Below are positions 63,313-64,000 of a DNA stretch of 64,000 nucleotides, one piece after another; position 1 is the first letter of the stretch, and each line of letters begins with the position of its first letter. Where the stretch lies: the NCBI RefSeq assembly GCF_006345805.1, contig NC_042998.1:203484001-203548000 (forward strand), given 5' to 3'. The notes beneath the pieces were generated by a model, which ran no database searches, was not told the DNA's origin, and worked only from the letters and a program-made list of their open reading frames with translations. Made by a program: the position numbers and the translations under genes. This DNA comes from Octopus sinensis. Taxonomy: Eukaryota.

Positions 63313-64000
63313 CCTACTTAAACACTGGTTTGCACTAAAGCTTTGTTGATGACCATGATTTAATATTTTGGTTTCAAATTTGGCCACAAGGCCAATATTT
63401 CTTAGGGAATAGAGGTAAATCTATTATGTTGCCCTTTCTGCTCAACTGGCACTTGTTTTATTGACCCCCAAAAGGCTGAAAGGCAAAGTCAATAATGGTA
63501 GAATTATCAAATTGAACTTAACCTAATTATTAAATTGAACGTGACCTAATTATCAACTTGAACATTATGATTTCTGCCCTTTCCTCCATTTCCTCTGAAC
63601 ACACATGCACATCACAAATACGCAAACATTCACATATATACATACAGTAATTCAATATCTTTTAATAACTAAAGAATTCCAGGAATGCTGAGAATGGCAA
63701 TAGATGTGGTTATCCCTTCTCTCTCTCTCTCTCTGCCCTCCTCTCCTCTCCTTGGTATGTTTACTAGAGCAGATCTATGAGGTTCATCTGTGGTCCAAGA
63801 AATGATTCTGCATCTAACTTTCAATTCCCGGATGTATTTATCCCGCTTATGTCACTAATGCTCTTCATCAAAGATGTGAATGTCACTACATCCCATACGT
63901 ATTCTCTTTAATAATGACTCGAGTTGTTTTTTTCCATTTGCGAAGGAGATGAATGTTTGAAAGTTATGTAACAAAGTAAGGGCAGTGATAATGATGTGGG

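Larger units (their letters stand above)
37338..64000 (+). other. Probable intron of RAPSN (over 26 kb, next exon not found in window)
   Basis: Canonical donor at 37338. By-eye scan found no exon resembling the expected ESMKIALQHGDRP...FADIHR segment; the region is filled with SINEs and other repeats. Confidence 0.6.

Overview
Eukaryotic, repeat-saturated genomic DNA whose SINE families and microsatellite load look like an Octopus genome (inferred from memory of these repeats, not from a search). One host gene is recognisable: the first coding exon of rapsyn (RAPSN, 36402-37337, +). It keeps the Gly2 myristoylation start, YLNLARSN and a GT donor after AMETCE, and carries a 40-aa Lys/Arg-rich insertion. 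No downstream exon was found in the remaining 26 kb. The rest is tRNA-type SINE families, LINE remnants (Dong/R4, I-group with RNase H, CRE, RTE, CR1/L2-like, L1/Tx1-like), mariner, hAT and Helitron remnants, MITEs, tandem repeats and microsatellites. The most interesting signal is a ~280-bp element with a tRNA-like Pol III head, a (TAA)n linker and a Penelope-type minimal hammerhead ribozyme. One copy (61727-62104) has an inverted duplicate of its ribozyme tail and a 13-bp target-site duplication, as expected for Penelope-mediated insertion. Most ORFs in the supplied track are repeat or microsatellite artefacts.
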